Source: Lysobacteraceae bacterium
Lineage (GTDB): Bacteria > Pseudomonadota > Gammaproteobacteria > Xanthomonadales > Xanthomonadaceae
Direction of reading: 5' to 3'
DNA: 64,000 bases
Assembly: GCA_024508915.1 (NCBI GenBank)
Contig: JANINR010000005.1
Location: 1,169-65,168, forward strand
The notes under the pieces: generated by a model
Databases searched by the model: none
What the model was told of the DNA's origin: nothing
What the model saw: the letters and a program-made list of their open reading frames with translations, nothing else
Translations under genes and position numbers: made by a program
In this document: piece by piece, positions 1 to 8,982 of the stretch
Layout of the letters: every line of letters begins with the position of its first letter
Position numbering within the stretch: the stretch's first letter is position 1

Positions 1-1436
1 TGGAAGCGTTCCTCGACCTGCTTGCGCGCGGCGATCTCCACCGGATCCTCGTCGGTCACCCAGCCGGTGTCCACGCTGTTCATGTGGATGCCGTCGCCGT
101 GGTAATCGGCGGCCGCGGTGCGCGTCATCATGTTGAGCGCCGCCTTGGCCATGTTGGTGTGCGGGTGCTTGGTGGTCTTGAAGTTGCGGTAGAACTGGCC
201 CTCGACCGCCGACACGTTGACGATGTGCTTGTCGCGGGTCGGCGCCTCGCCGGGCGGCACGCGCAGCATCAGCGGCTTCAGGCGCGCGTTGATGATGAAG
301 GGCGCGACGGCGTTGACCAGCTGCGTTTCCAGCAGCTCGACCGAGGGCACCTCGTCCATCTGCAGGCGCCAGGAATTGCGGCCGCGCAGGTCGACCTGCT
401 GCAGGTCCTGGTCGAGGCGGCCCTCGGGGAACAGGTGCGACTGGCCGAGCAGTTCGTCGGCGAGCAGCGGCACCTGCGACAGTTCCGCGGCGCGGGTGAG
501 TCCCGCCGCGCCGGCGAGCCCGCGGGCGTGCGCCTGCACCAGGCTGGCGTCGCCGCGCGGCAGCAGGTCGGTGCTGCGCAGGCCTTCGTAGCCGCCGAGT
601 AGCTTGCGCACGTGCTCCGGCATCTCGCGCAGCGCCGCGGTCTCGCCTTCCATCATGTGCGCGTAGAAGGCCGGCGGGCGCCGCACCGTCTGGCAGGCGT
701 TGTTGATGATGAAGTCGAGCCGCGGCCGCGTGGCCAGGAGCTGCGCGCAGAACGCCTCCACGCTCGGCGTGTGGCGCAGGTCGAGCCCGAACACCTCGAG
801 CCGGTGGCCCCATTCGCCGAAATCCGGCTCCGCGGCGTAGCGCGCGGCGGAATCGCGCGGGAAGCGCGTGGTCACGATCAGCTCCGCGCCCGCGCGCAGC
901 AGCTTCAGCCCGGCCTGGTAGCCGATCTTGACCCGGCCGCCGGTGAGCAGCGCCACGCGCCCGCGCAGGTCCGCGCTCTCGGTGCGCTTGAAGAAGTTGA
1001 GCTCGGCGCATTCCGGGCACAACTGGTCGTAGAAGTGGTGCACCTGCGTGTACTTGCGCTTGCACACGTAGCAGTGCAGCACCTCCGGCGACTCGTTGTG
1101 CGACACCGGATCGGTGGCGCGGTTGTGCGGATCGTGCTGGCCAGGCGGCTGCGGCGGGAAGTAGTTCGGCGTCGTGAACACGGGCTTGCGCCGCAGCGTG
1201 CGGATGCCGGTGCGGTCGAGCAGCGCCTCGGTTCGGCGCGCCTTCTCCTGCGCGCGTTCGCGGGCCTGCGCCTTCGCTTCGCGGCGGCGCGCGCGCGGTT
1301 CGGGGTGGTGCACGAGGGCGACGGCCTGCAGCAGGCGCGTGCGTCCGTCGGCGTCGAGCGACTGCAGTACGCTGCGGTCGGCGACGATCGCCTCGAGCAG
1401 GGCGAGGGCGGCGTCGAGTTGTTCGTTCGTCTTCAA
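1..1436 (-). CDS. SDR-family oxidoreductase with N-terminal helical + CxxC..CxxC zinc-ribbon-like extension (3' end runs off the window)
   Basis: Not in the ORF track because there is no stop in the window. The reverse strand reads open from 1436 to 1 (478 codons). Motifs: HCYVCKRKYTQVHHFYDQLCPEC; Rossmann GRVALLTGGRVKIGYQAG; IVNVSAVEG; NMAKAALNMMTRT; HMNSVDTGWVTDE. Candidate TTG start at 1434-1436 overlaps the dbpA stop (TTGA). Start uncertain. Confidence 0.8.
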   Translation of the reverse strand, partial: MKTNEQLDAALALLEAIVADRSVLQSLDADGRTRLLQAVALVHHPEPRARRREAKAQARERAQEKARRTEALLDRTGIRTLRRKPVFTTPNYFPPQPPGQHDPHNRATDPVSHNESPEVLHCYVCKRKYTQVHHFYDQLCPECAELNFFKRTESADLRGRVALLTGGRVKIGYQAGLKLLRAGAELIVTTRFPRDSAARYAAEPDFGEWGHRLEVFGLDLRHTPSVEAFCAQLLATRPRLDFIINNACQTVRRPPAFYAHMMEGETAALREMPEHVRKLLGGYEGLRSTDLLPRGDASLVQAHARGLAGAAGLTRAAELSQVPLLADELLGQSHLFPEGRLDQDLQQVDLRGRNSWRLQMDEVPSVELLETQLVNAVAPFIINARLKPLMLRVPPGEAPTRDKHIVNVSAVEGQFYRNFKTTKHPHTNMAKAALNMMTRTAAADYHGDGIHMNSVDTGWVTDEDPVEIAARKQVEERF

Positions 1437-2815
1437 AGCGCGTTCACCCGGAAGCGGCGGCCCTTGATCCGGCCTTCGCGCAATGCGGCGAGGGCCTTGC
1501 CCGCCTGGGCGCGGGCGATGGCGACGTAGCTGCGCGTCGCGTACACGTCGATCTTGCCGATCGCGTCCTTGTGCAGCCCGGCCTCGCCGGTGAGCGCGCC
1601 GACGATGTCGCCGGGGCGCAGCTTGTCGCCGCGTCCGGCGTCGATGCGCAGCGTCGCCATCGCCGGTTGCGGCACGGCGCGCGGCTTGCCTTCCAGCGGC
1701 GCGATCTTCTCCCAGCGCAAGGGCTTGCCGAGGCGTTCCTCGATCATCCGCGCGCGCGCCAGCTCCTGCGCGGCGCACAGGCTCAGCGCGAGGCCGGCGC
1801 GGCCGGCCCGGCCGGTGCGGCCGATCCGGTGCAGGTAGGTGTCGGCGTCGCTCGGCAGTTCATGGTTGACCACCGCGCCGATGTCCTCGACGTCGAGCCC
1901 GCGCGCGGCCACGTCGCTGGCCACCAGCACGCTGCAGCTGCGGTTGGCGAAACGGACCAGGACCTCGTCGCGATCGCGCTGCTCCATGTCGCCGTGCAGC
2001 GCCATGGCGTCGAAGCCGTAGTGGACGAGCGAATCGGCGACCTCGTCCGCATCGCGGCGCGTGTTGCAGAACACCACGCAGCTCTCCGGCTGGTGGCGCA
2101 GCAGCAGCGCCGCCAGCGCCTGGGTCCGGCGGCCGGGCTGGACTTCGTGGAACAGCTGCTCGATCGTGGCCGGCTCCGCACCGCCGCCGACGCTCACTTC
2201 GACCGGATCGCGCAGCATGGCGTTGCCCAGCGCCCGGATCGCCTCGGGGAACGTGGCCGAGAACAGCAGCGCCTGGCGCTGCTTCGGCAGCCGTCGCGCG
2301 AGGTCTCGGATCTGCTCCTCGAAGCCCATGTCGAGCATGCGGTCGGCCTCGTCCAGCACCAGCACGCGCACGCCGTCGAGCGCGAGCGCGCCCTTCGCGG
2401 CGAGCTCCTGCACGCGCCCCGGCGTCCCGACCACGACGTGCGGCGCATGCGCGAGCGACGCCAGCTGCGGCCCGAGCGGAATGCCGCCGCAGAGGATCGA
2501 GAGCTTGAGGTTCGGGATGCCGGTGGCGAGCCTGCGCAGCTGCTTCCCGACCTGGTCGGCGAGTTCGCGGGTGGGGCACAGCACCAGCGCCTGCGTGCGC
2601 ACCGCCTCGGCGTCGATCGCCTGCAGCAGGCCGAGGCCGAATGCCGCGGTCTTGCCGCTGCCGGTGGGCGCCTGCGCGACGACGTCGCGCCCGTCGAGGA
2701 TCGCGGGCAGGGCCTGCGCCTGGATCGGGGTCATCTGCGCATAACCCAGCGCCTGCAGGCCGGGCTGCAGGGCGGGGGACAAGGGCAGGGAGGAGAACAG
2801 GGGGGAGGCGCTCAT
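1433..2815 (-). CDS. dbpA: ATP-dependent DEAD-box RNA helicase DbpA
   Basis: 460 aa. Motif I AQAPTGSGKT, VLDEADRMLDMGF (DEAD), FSAT, HRIGRTGRAG. C-terminal DbpA-type RNA-binding domain (LRIDAGRGDKLRPGDIVGAL...). Confidence 0.93.
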   Translation of the reverse strand: MSASPLFSSLPLSPALQPGLQALGYAQMTPIQAQALPAILDGRDVVAQAPTGSGKTAAFGLGLLQAIDAEAVRTQALVLCPTRELADQVGKQLRRLATGIPNLKLSILCGGIPLGPQLASLAHAPHVVVGTPGRVQELAAKGALALDGVRVLVLDEADRMLDMGFEEQIRDLARRLPKQRQALLFSATFPEAIRALGNAMLRDPVEVSVGGGAEPATIEQLFHEVQPGRRTQALAALLLRHQPESCVVFCNTRRDADEVADSLVHYGFDAMALHGDMEQRDRDEVLVRFANRSCSVLVASDVAARGLDVEDIGAVVNHELPSDADTYLHRIGRTGRAGRAGLALSLCAAQELARARMIEERLGKPLRWEKIAPLEGKPRAVPQPAMATLRIDAGRGDKLRPGDIVGALTGEAGLHKDAIGKIDVYATRSYVAIARAQAGKALAALREGRIKGRRFRVNAL

Positions 2816-2879
2816 CCCGCCATTTTCGCAGGTTGCGCGGCTCCGGATACGATAGGGGCGGGGATGAGGAGGGGACTCG

Positions 2880-3773
2880 ATGCGCCACGCGCCGTCGAAC
2901 GGGAATGCCTATGTCCATCCCGTGCCCGGGCTTGCGGGCGCGGTGCTGTCCTGGTTCGCCAACTCGGGACCGCTTCGCCGCGCGCGCCGCATCGTCTGCG
3001 CGCTGCTGCCGTTCCCGCGCCTGGCGAGCGATGTCGAGGACATCGTCTACCTCACCTGGATCGTGCCGGTGGAGCGCGTGCGGGCCCTGGTGCCGCCCGG
3101 CGTGGCGGTCATCGATCGCGCCGGGCTGACGCTGTTCACCATCGTCAGCTACCGGCACCGGCACTTCGGCCCGACGCTGCTCGGGCCGTTGCGGCGCCTG
3201 TGCGCCTCGCCGCTGCAGAGCAACTGGCGGCTCTACGTCGAGTCGCTGCCCGGGCGCGCGGCGGGTGCCGCGGGCGCGACGGATGCGCAGGCGCGCACGG
3301 TGCTGTTCCTCCGCAACGTCTTCGAGAGCACCGCATACGCGCTGGGCAGCCGCGTCGCGAGCGACGCGCTGCCTTCGCACCTGGCGCAGCGGTTCACGCA
3401 CCGCCGCACCGACGGCGGCTACGAGACGGTGATCGATCCGGGCGCCGGCAGCGCGCCCGCGCTCGCCAGCACGACGGAGCGCGCGCATTCGGGCGTGTTG
3501 CCGGTGGAATACGCGCGCTTCTTCGCCACCTGGGAGGGCGCGGTGCGCTTCCTGTGCCGGCAGGAGGCCGCCGTGGTGGCCGTGGCCGGCACGGATCGCC
3601 TCGCGCAGGCGGACATCGCGCTGCCGATCGATCCGGGCACCGCCGTTCCGCTGCGGTCGACGGCAACCGGCGGCGCCGGGTTCCTCGAGCGGGTCGGGGC
3701 GACCGGCGAGCCGTTCTGCTTTGCAGTGCCTGCGGCCCGCTTCGGCGTCCTCGGCGAGCGACTGCTTCCCTGA
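2880..3773 (+). CDS. hypothetical protein (possibly DUF2071-like)
   Basis: 297-aa ORF with ATG start and protein-like composition (DIVYLTWIVPVERVRALVPPGV...FTIVSYRHRHFGP). Divergent from dbpA. Family assignment is tentative, from memory only. Confidence 0.6.
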   Translation: MRHAPSNGNAYVHPVPGLAGAVLSWFANSGPLRRARRIVCALLPFPRLASDVEDIVYLTWIVPVERVRALVPPGVAVIDRAGLTLFTIVSYRHRHFGPTLLGPLRRLCASPLQSNWRLYVESLPGRAAGAAGATDAQARTVLFLRNVFESTAYALGSRVASDALPSHLAQRFTHRRTDGGYETVIDPGAGSAPALASTTERAHSGVLPVEYARFFATWEGAVRFLCRQEAAVVAVAGTDRLAQADIALPIDPGTAVPLRSTATGGAGFLERVGATGEPFCFAVPAARFGVLGERLLP

Positions 3774-3837
3774 AACGCTGGCGACCGTTCAGGTCCAGGC
3801 GCCCGGCGGGTCGCCCGAGCACCTCCGAACTGGTAGA

Positions 3838-3868
3838 CTATATCGACGCAAGTTGTTGTAAATACTGG
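3838..3868 (+). promoter_or_regulatory. AT-rich operator/promoter-like motif CTATATCGAcgcAAGTTGTtgtAAATACTGG (related to the padR-upstream motif)
   Basis: AT-rich island in a GC-rich genome. Shares the CTATATCGA, AGTTGT and AATA(N)ACTGG blocks, in the same order, with 39594-39619. Followed by AAGGAGG at 3874-3880. Confidence 0.25.
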
Positions 3869-4191
3869 ATTTTAAGGAGGTAGACCATCAAGAACGCGTT
3901 GTCGTCCCTGCTTCGCTGCGCGCCCCGCGCCAGTCGTTCTTCCCGCCACCGCCATCCGCGCCGCCCGCGTCCATCGCCGAGGCTCGTGCTGCAGCCCTTG
4001 CCGGCCCCCAGCACTTCAAGGCCAGCCGCGGCCCGCAGGCGCAGCCGCCACGGCAGCTACGTCGGCGGTGCCTACGCCACCACCGTGCCGCACCGCGGCC
4101 CCCACGCAGTGCAGCCGATCTTCCGCGTCACCTGACGCGCCGCGCGGGGATGCGGGTAGGCTGTCGGCCTGCATCCCCACGGGCCTTCCGC

Positions 4192-4875
4192 ATGCACGAC
4201 GCCAATCCCCATCGCGAGCCGGTGCCGCTGCGCATCGACTTCGTTTCGGACGTCGTCTGCCCGTGGTGCTACATCGGCCTCGCATCGCTGGAGCAGGCGC
4301 TCGCGCGGCTCGAGGGCGAGGTCGCGGCGGAGATCCACTTCCAGCCGTTCGAGCTCAACCCGCAGATGGGTCGGGAAGGCGAGGACGTCGTCGAGCACCT
4401 GTCGCGCAAGTACGGCATGCCGGCCGCGCAGGTCGCGGCGAACCAGGAGGCCATCCGCGCGCGCGGGGAGGCGCTCGGCCTCGACTTCGACATGGGCAAG
4501 CGCCAGCGCACCTGGAACACCTTCGACGCGCACCGGCTGCTGCACTGGGCGGGCTTGCAGGGCAGGCAGCGCGCGCTGAAACATGCGCTGCTGCAGGCCT
4601 ATTTCACCGAGGGCCGCAACGTGGGCGACCCCGCGACGCTGGTCGACATCGCCGCGTCGGCGGGGCTGCCCGCCGGGGAGGCGCGGGCGATCCTGTCGGG
4701 CGACGCCTACGCCCAGGACGTACGACGCGACGAGCAGTACTTCCTGCAGGCCGGCATCCAGGCCGTGCCGGCGATCATCATCGACCGCAGGCACCTCGTC
4801 TCCGGCGGCCAGCCGCCGGAGGTGTTCGAGCAGGCACTGCGCCAGCTGGCGGACGAGAAGCGGCGCGCGGCTTGA
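4192..4875 (+). CDS. DsbA-family (FrnE-like) thiol:disulfide oxidoreductase
   Basis: IDFVSDVVCPWCYIG (CxxC at the N-terminus of helix 1) and typical FrnE/2-hydroxychromene-2-carboxylate isomerase-like length. ATG at 4192 chosen over the in-frame ATG at 4150, which lies inside a hairpin. No signal peptide. Confidence 0.85.
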   Translation: MHDANPHREPVPLRIDFVSDVVCPWCYIGLASLEQALARLEGEVAAEIHFQPFELNPQMGREGEDVVEHLSRKYGMPAAQVAANQEAIRARGEALGLDFDMGKRQRTWNTFDAHRLLHWAGLQGRQRALKHALLQAYFTEGRNVGDPATLVDIAASAGLPAGEARAILSGDAYAQDVRRDEQYFLQAGIQAVPAIIIDRRHLVSGGQPPEVFEQALRQLADEKRRAA

Positions 4876-4909
4876 GCCCTGCCGGAGCGCTCGAGGCGCG
4901 TCGCGCGCT

Positions 4910-6019
4910 TCAACCCGCGTCGCCCCCGAGTGCGGGCAGCAGGGCCTGCAGGAGCTTGAACGTGTACTGGTGCGGTTGCCGCTCGTTGTAGTTGGCGGTG
5001 GTGATCACCACCACGGCGCGCCTGCCCGGCACCAGGAAGATGTCGTTGCCGCCGGTACCGGCCATCGCCGGCATGACCACGGTCCGCCCGCCATCGGGGA
5101 CTTTCATCAGCCACCAGAGGTAACCGTAGTCGGCGTCCTCGCGCGCGGTCGCCTGCGGCGACAGCGAGCGGCGCACCCAGTCGGCCGGCACCAGTTGCCG
5201 ACCACCATGGCGGCCGCCGTCGAGGTAGAGCTGCGCCAGCGTCCACAGGTCCCGCGTGCGCAGGCCCAGCCCGCCGCCGGCCTGGGCGAGCCCGAGCGGC
5301 GAGAACTGCCATTCCGGCGCTTCGATGCCCAGCGGATCGAACAGGCGGCGCTGCGCGTAGGCCTGCAGGGGTTCGCGTACCGCAGCCTGGATGGTCGCGC
5401 CCAGGGTGGTCACGCCGGCCGTGCAGTAGCGGAAACTGCGGCCGTGCGGCGAGTCCGCCGGCTTCGGCATCCATGCGGGGAAACCCTGCACCGGCAGGTC
5501 CGCATAGAACTGCACCCAGTCCTCGACGAGGTACATGCGCTCCTCGTTGCCGCGCGAGAACTGGTTCTCGTCGTCGCACTCGACGAGCGAGGACATCGTC
5601 AGCAGGTCCTCGACGGTGATCGCGTCCTTCCGCGGGTCGGGATTGGCCATGCGCCGGCGGTACTGAACGGGCAGCACGTCGATCACGCGCGAGGCGGACG
5701 CCAGCGCGCCGTCCTCGATCGCGAGTCCGGCCAGCATGCCGGCGACGGTCTTGGTCGCCGAGCGCGTGTTGCGGCGGGTCTGCGCGTCGCCGTCGAAATA
5801 ATGCTCGTAGACGACCTTTCCGTCCTTCGCGACGAGCACGCTGGTGATCGCCTTGAAGTCGCCGCGCTCGATGGCGGCCTGCGCCGCGGCGAAAGCCCCG
5901 GCGAAAGCCTCGGCATCGGCGGGCGCGACGCTGCGGGAGTCGGCGGCCGCGGCGGGCGGGGCGGAGTGGGCGGCGAACGTGGCGGCGACGAGCGCGGCGC
6001 CGAGCAATGCGGATTTCAT
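4910..6019 (-). CDS. exported serine hydrolase (beta-lactamase/PBP-like, SxxK)
   Basis: Signal peptide [20 protein letters not shown]; SATKT (SxxK) nucleophile motif. ATG at 6019 is preceded by GGAG. The upstream Met at 6040 was rejected. Confidence 0.85.
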   Translation of the reverse strand: MKSALLGAALVAATFAAHSAPPAAAADSRSVAPADAEAFAGAFAAAQAAIERGDFKAITSVLVAKDGKVVYEHYFDGDAQTRRNTRSATKTVAGMLAGLAIEDGALASASRVIDVLPVQYRRRMANPDPRKDAITVEDLLTMSSLVECDDENQFSRGNEERMYLVEDWVQFYADLPVQGFPAWMPKPADSPHGRSFRYCTAGVTTLGATIQAAVREPLQAYAQRRLFDPLGIEAPEWQFSPLGLAQAGGGLGLRTRDLWTLAQLYLDGGRHGGRQLVPADWVRRSLSPQATAREDADYGYLWWLMKVPDGGRTVVMPAMAGTGGNDIFLVPGRRAVVVITTANYNERQPHQYTFKLLQALLPALGGDAG

Positions 6020-6091
6020 GGAAGCTCCGTCGTGGGCCATGCGGCAGCCAGTACGCCACAGGGCGCGGGGCGATGTCGATCCTGCCGGGGC

Positions 6092-6120
6092 CGTTTCGTC
6101 GCCCCTGCAGGCGTTTCGTC
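6092..6120. repeat. direct repeat CGTTTCGTC x2 (20-nt period) in a divergent promoter region
   Basis: CGTTTCGTC at 6092-6100 and 6112-6120, between the serine hydrolase (minus) and the MATE gene (plus). Confidence 0.4.
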
Positions 6121-6156
6121 ATTTCCCCTAAGATCCACCGATACCGGAGCCCCCTC

Positions 6157-7569
6157 ATGAGCGAACCCGCAGGCGTCGCCGCCGCCCCCACCCTCTGGTC
6201 GGAGCTCCGCGACGCCGTCCGCGGCACCGGTGCCGACTACACGAAGATCCCGCTGCGCCGCGCGGTGTTCCTGCTCGCGGTGCCGATGGTGCTCGAGCTG
6301 GTGCTGGAGTCGACGTTCGCGGTGGTGGACATCTTCTTCGTCGGCAAGCTCGGGCCGTCGGCGGTCGCGACCGTCGGGCTGACCGAGAGCTACCTGTTCC
6401 TGCTGTATTCGATCGCGATGGGCCTGGCGATGGGCGTCACCGCGATCGTGGCCAGGCGCGTCGGCGAGGGGAAGGTCGAAGAGGCCTCGGTGACCGCGGT
6501 GCAGGCGATCTGGATCGCGATCCTCGCCTCGGTGCCGTTCGCGATCGCCGGCATGGTGTGGGCGCGCGAGTTGCTGCAGCTGATGGGCGCCGATGCGTGG
6601 ACCCTCGAGCACGGCACCGGCTACATGCAGGTGGCGCTGGGCACGAACGTGGTGGTGATGCTGCTGTTCGTGATCAACGCGGTGTTCCGCGGCGCGGGCG
6701 ACGCGGCGATCGCGATGCGCGTGCTGTGGGTCGCGAACGGCCTCAACATCGTGCTCGATCCGCTGCTGATCTTCGGCATCGGGCCGTTCCCGGAACTCGG
6801 CGTGCAGGGCGCGGCGGTCGCGACGAGCATCGGCCGCGGCTGCGGCGTGCTGCTGCAGCTGTGGGTGCTGTTCCGCGGCGGGCGGCACCTGCGCGCCATC
6901 GGCTCGCAGCTGGCGTGGCGCGGCGGCGTGGCCTGGCACATCGTGCGGACCTCGCTCGGCGGCGTCGGCCAGATGATCATCGGCATGACCTCGTGGATCT
7001 TCCTGGTGCGCATCCTCGCGAGCATCGGCAGCGAGGCGGTCGCGGGCGCGACCATCACCATCCGCGTGATGATGTTCACCTTCATGCCGGCCTGGGGCAT
7101 GTCGAATGCGGCCGCGACGCTCGTCGGCCAGAACCTCGGTGCCGGGGAACCCGCGCGCGCCGAGTCCGCGGTGTGGCACATCGGCTGGTACAACATGGCC
7201 TACCTGGTGTGCATCTCGGTGCTGTTCTTCCTGTTCCCGCGCCAGATCGTCGGGGTCTTCACCGACGACGCCGCCGTGGTCGCCATCGGCGCCGAATGGG
7301 TGCGGATCATGTCGTATTCGTTCTTCGTCTACGGCTGGTGGATGGTCGCGGTGCAGGCGTTCAACGGCGCCGGCGACACGATGACGCCGACCAAGATCAA
7401 CGTCGTGTTCTTCTGGCTGATCCAGATCCCGTTAGCCTGGTACCTGGCGATCGGGCGCGGGCATGCCGAGTCGGGCGTGTTCTGGGCGGTGTTCGCGTCG
7501 GAGACGTCGGTGGGACTGTTCACGCTGTGGCTGTTCACGCGCGGGCGCTGGAAGACGATGCAGGTCTAG
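6157..7569 (+). CDS. MATE family efflux transporter
   Basis: About 12 predicted TM segments and a NorM/MATE-like N-terminus (RRAVFLLAVPMVLELVLESTFAVVDIFFVGKLG). ATG at 6157 with GGAG 8 nt upstream. The upstream part of the 6007 ORF is Arg-rich junk. Confidence 0.9.
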   Translation: MSEPAGVAAAPTLWSELRDAVRGTGADYTKIPLRRAVFLLAVPMVLELVLESTFAVVDIFFVGKLGPSAVATVGLTESYLFLLYSIAMGLAMGVTAIVARRVGEGKVEEASVTAVQAIWIAILASVPFAIAGMVWARELLQLMGADAWTLEHGTGYMQVALGTNVVVMLLFVINAVFRGAGDAAIAMRVLWVANGLNIVLDPLLIFGIGPFPELGVQGAAVATSIGRGCGVLLQLWVLFRGGRHLRAIGSQLAWRGGVAWHIVRTSLGGVGQMIIGMTSWIFLVRILASIGSEAVAGATITIRVMMFTFMPAWGMSNAAATLVGQNLGAGEPARAESAVWHIGWYNMAYLVCISVLFFLFPRQIVGVFTDDAAVVAIGAEWVRIMSYSFFVYGWWMVAVQAFNGAGDTMTPTKINVVFFWLIQIPLAWYLAIGRGHAESGVFWAVFASETSVGLFTLWLFTRGRWKTMQV

Positions 7570-7573
7570 CGCG

Positions 7574-8410
7574 ATGGCCACTTCCACCACGCCAGGCGCG
7601 AATCCTTCCGTGGCGCGGCTCGGCGGTCTCTACCGGTATCCGATGAAGTCCTGCGCGCCGCTCGCTGCCGATGCGGCCGTGGTCGAAGCGCGCGGCCTCG
7701 CGCACGACCGGCGCTGGATGGTGGTGGATCCCTCGGGGGCGTTCATCACCGGGCGCGAGCTGCCCCGCCTGACGCTCGTGCGGGCGGATCCCGGCGCGGA
7801 GGGGGCGTTGTCGCTGCAGGCGCCGGGCATGGCGCCGCTGCAGGTGGAGGCACCGCGCGGCGATGCGCGCCTCGCGGTGACGGTGTGGAAGAGCGATGTG
7901 TTGGCCCGCCCCTGCGATGCGGCCGCCGATGCGTGGCTGTCCGCCTTCCTCGGCCGGCCGGTGCGCCTCGTGCACATGGCGGACGACGTGCACCGGCCCA
8001 TGACCTCGTCGCATGCGCGCCCCGGCGACGAGGTCAGCTTCGCCGACGCCTATCCGCTGCTGCTGGTGACGCGCGCGGCGGTCGAGCTGCTCAACACGAA
8101 ACTCGAACGTCCCGTGTCGCCGCTGCGCTTCCGACCCAACCTCGTCGTCGACGGCGCGCCGGCCCACGCCGAGGACGGCTGGTCGCGGCTTCGCATCGGC
8201 GAGGTCGAATTCGACGTCGGTCCGGCCTGCGTCCGCTGCGTGTTCACCACCGTCGATCCGGAACGCGGCGAGCGCGACGCGGACGGCCAACCGTTGCGCG
8301 CGCTGATCGGCTATCGGCGCGGCCCGGAAGGGGTCACGTTCGGTCGCAACCTGGTGCCGCGCTCGACGGGAACGCTGCGCCTCGGCGACCCGGTCGAGGT
8401 CCTGGCGTAG
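7574..8410 (+). CDS. MOSC domain protein (YcbX-like)
   Basis: LYRYPMKSC...RGLAHDRRWMVVD (MOSC N-terminal beta-barrel) followed by a MOSC domain (FADAYPLLLVT...CVRCVFTTVDPERG). ATG sits 4 nt after the MATE stop. Confidence 0.88.
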   Translation: MATSTTPGANPSVARLGGLYRYPMKSCAPLAADAAVVEARGLAHDRRWMVVDPSGAFITGRELPRLTLVRADPGAEGALSLQAPGMAPLQVEAPRGDARLAVTVWKSDVLARPCDAAADAWLSAFLGRPVRLVHMADDVHRPMTSSHARPGDEVSFADAYPLLLVTRAAVELLNTKLERPVSPLRFRPNLVVDGAPAHAEDGWSRLRIGEVEFDVGPACVRCVFTTVDPERGERDADGQPLRALIGYRRGPEGVTFGRNLVPRSTGTLRLGDPVEVLA

Positions 8411-8434
8411 CGTGCTTCGTCGAAGCCTGCCGGG

Positions 8435-8884
8435 TCACATGTCGTCGGGGATCGTCGGCTCGACGAGTCGGGCCAGCAGCGACAGCGACTGCTGCCAGCC
8501 GAGATAGCACGCTTCGGGCGGAATGGCATCCGGGATGCCTTCCTGCACGATCGTCAGCTCGGTGCCGACGGACACGGTGCCGAACTCGATGGTCGTCGTC
8601 ATTTCGCCGGGCAGGTCGGGGTTGTCGAAGCGGTCGCCGTAGCGGATGCGCTTGCCCGGCACCAGTTCGGCGTATTCGCCGCCGAAGGCATGGCTGTTGC
8701 CGGTGGAGAAGTTGGTGAAGCTCATCCGGTAGCGGCCGCCGACCCGCGCGTCGAGCTCGTGCACGGTGCAGGTGAAGCCGTCGGGCGGCAGCCACTTGGC
8801 GACTGCGGCGGCATCGAGGAAGGCGCGATAGACGCGCTCGGGCGGGGCCGTCAGGACCCGATGGAAGCGGACGGTGCCGGTCAT
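8435..8884 (-). CDS. SRPBCC/AHSA1-family protein
   Basis: MTGTVRFHRVLTAPPERVYRAFLDAAAVAKWLPPDGFT..., typical of the Aha1/SRPBCC superfamily. ATG at 8884. Confidence 0.85.
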   Translation of the reverse strand: MTGTVRFHRVLTAPPERVYRAFLDAAAVAKWLPPDGFTCTVHELDARVGGRYRMSFTNFSTGNSHAFGGEYAELVPGKRIRYGDRFDNPDLPGEMTTTIEFGTVSVGTELTIVQEGIPDAIPPEACYLGWQQSLSLLARLVEPTIPDDM

Positions 8885-8982
8885 GGCGTGGACTCCCGGT
8901 CTGGTGGCCAACCCAGCCTGCCATGCCTGCAACCGCCGGCGCTACTGCCGTCTCCCAGGTGGAAATCCTCCGGAAGGCACCC

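Noticed and set aside
1571-3883. 770-aa plus-strand ORF and the overlapping 542-aa minus ORF 1860-3488
   Set aside because: They are antisense or out of frame relative to dbpA and the 2880-3773 gene, with extreme Arg/Ala/Gly content.
3899-4135. 78-aa ORF (TTG start) downstream of the strong SD
   Set aside because: It is Arg/Pro/Ser-rich with GC high at all three codon positions, unlike genuine genes here, and its start lies 18 nt from the SD. It is kept only as part of the leader/pseudogene finding, not called as a CDS.
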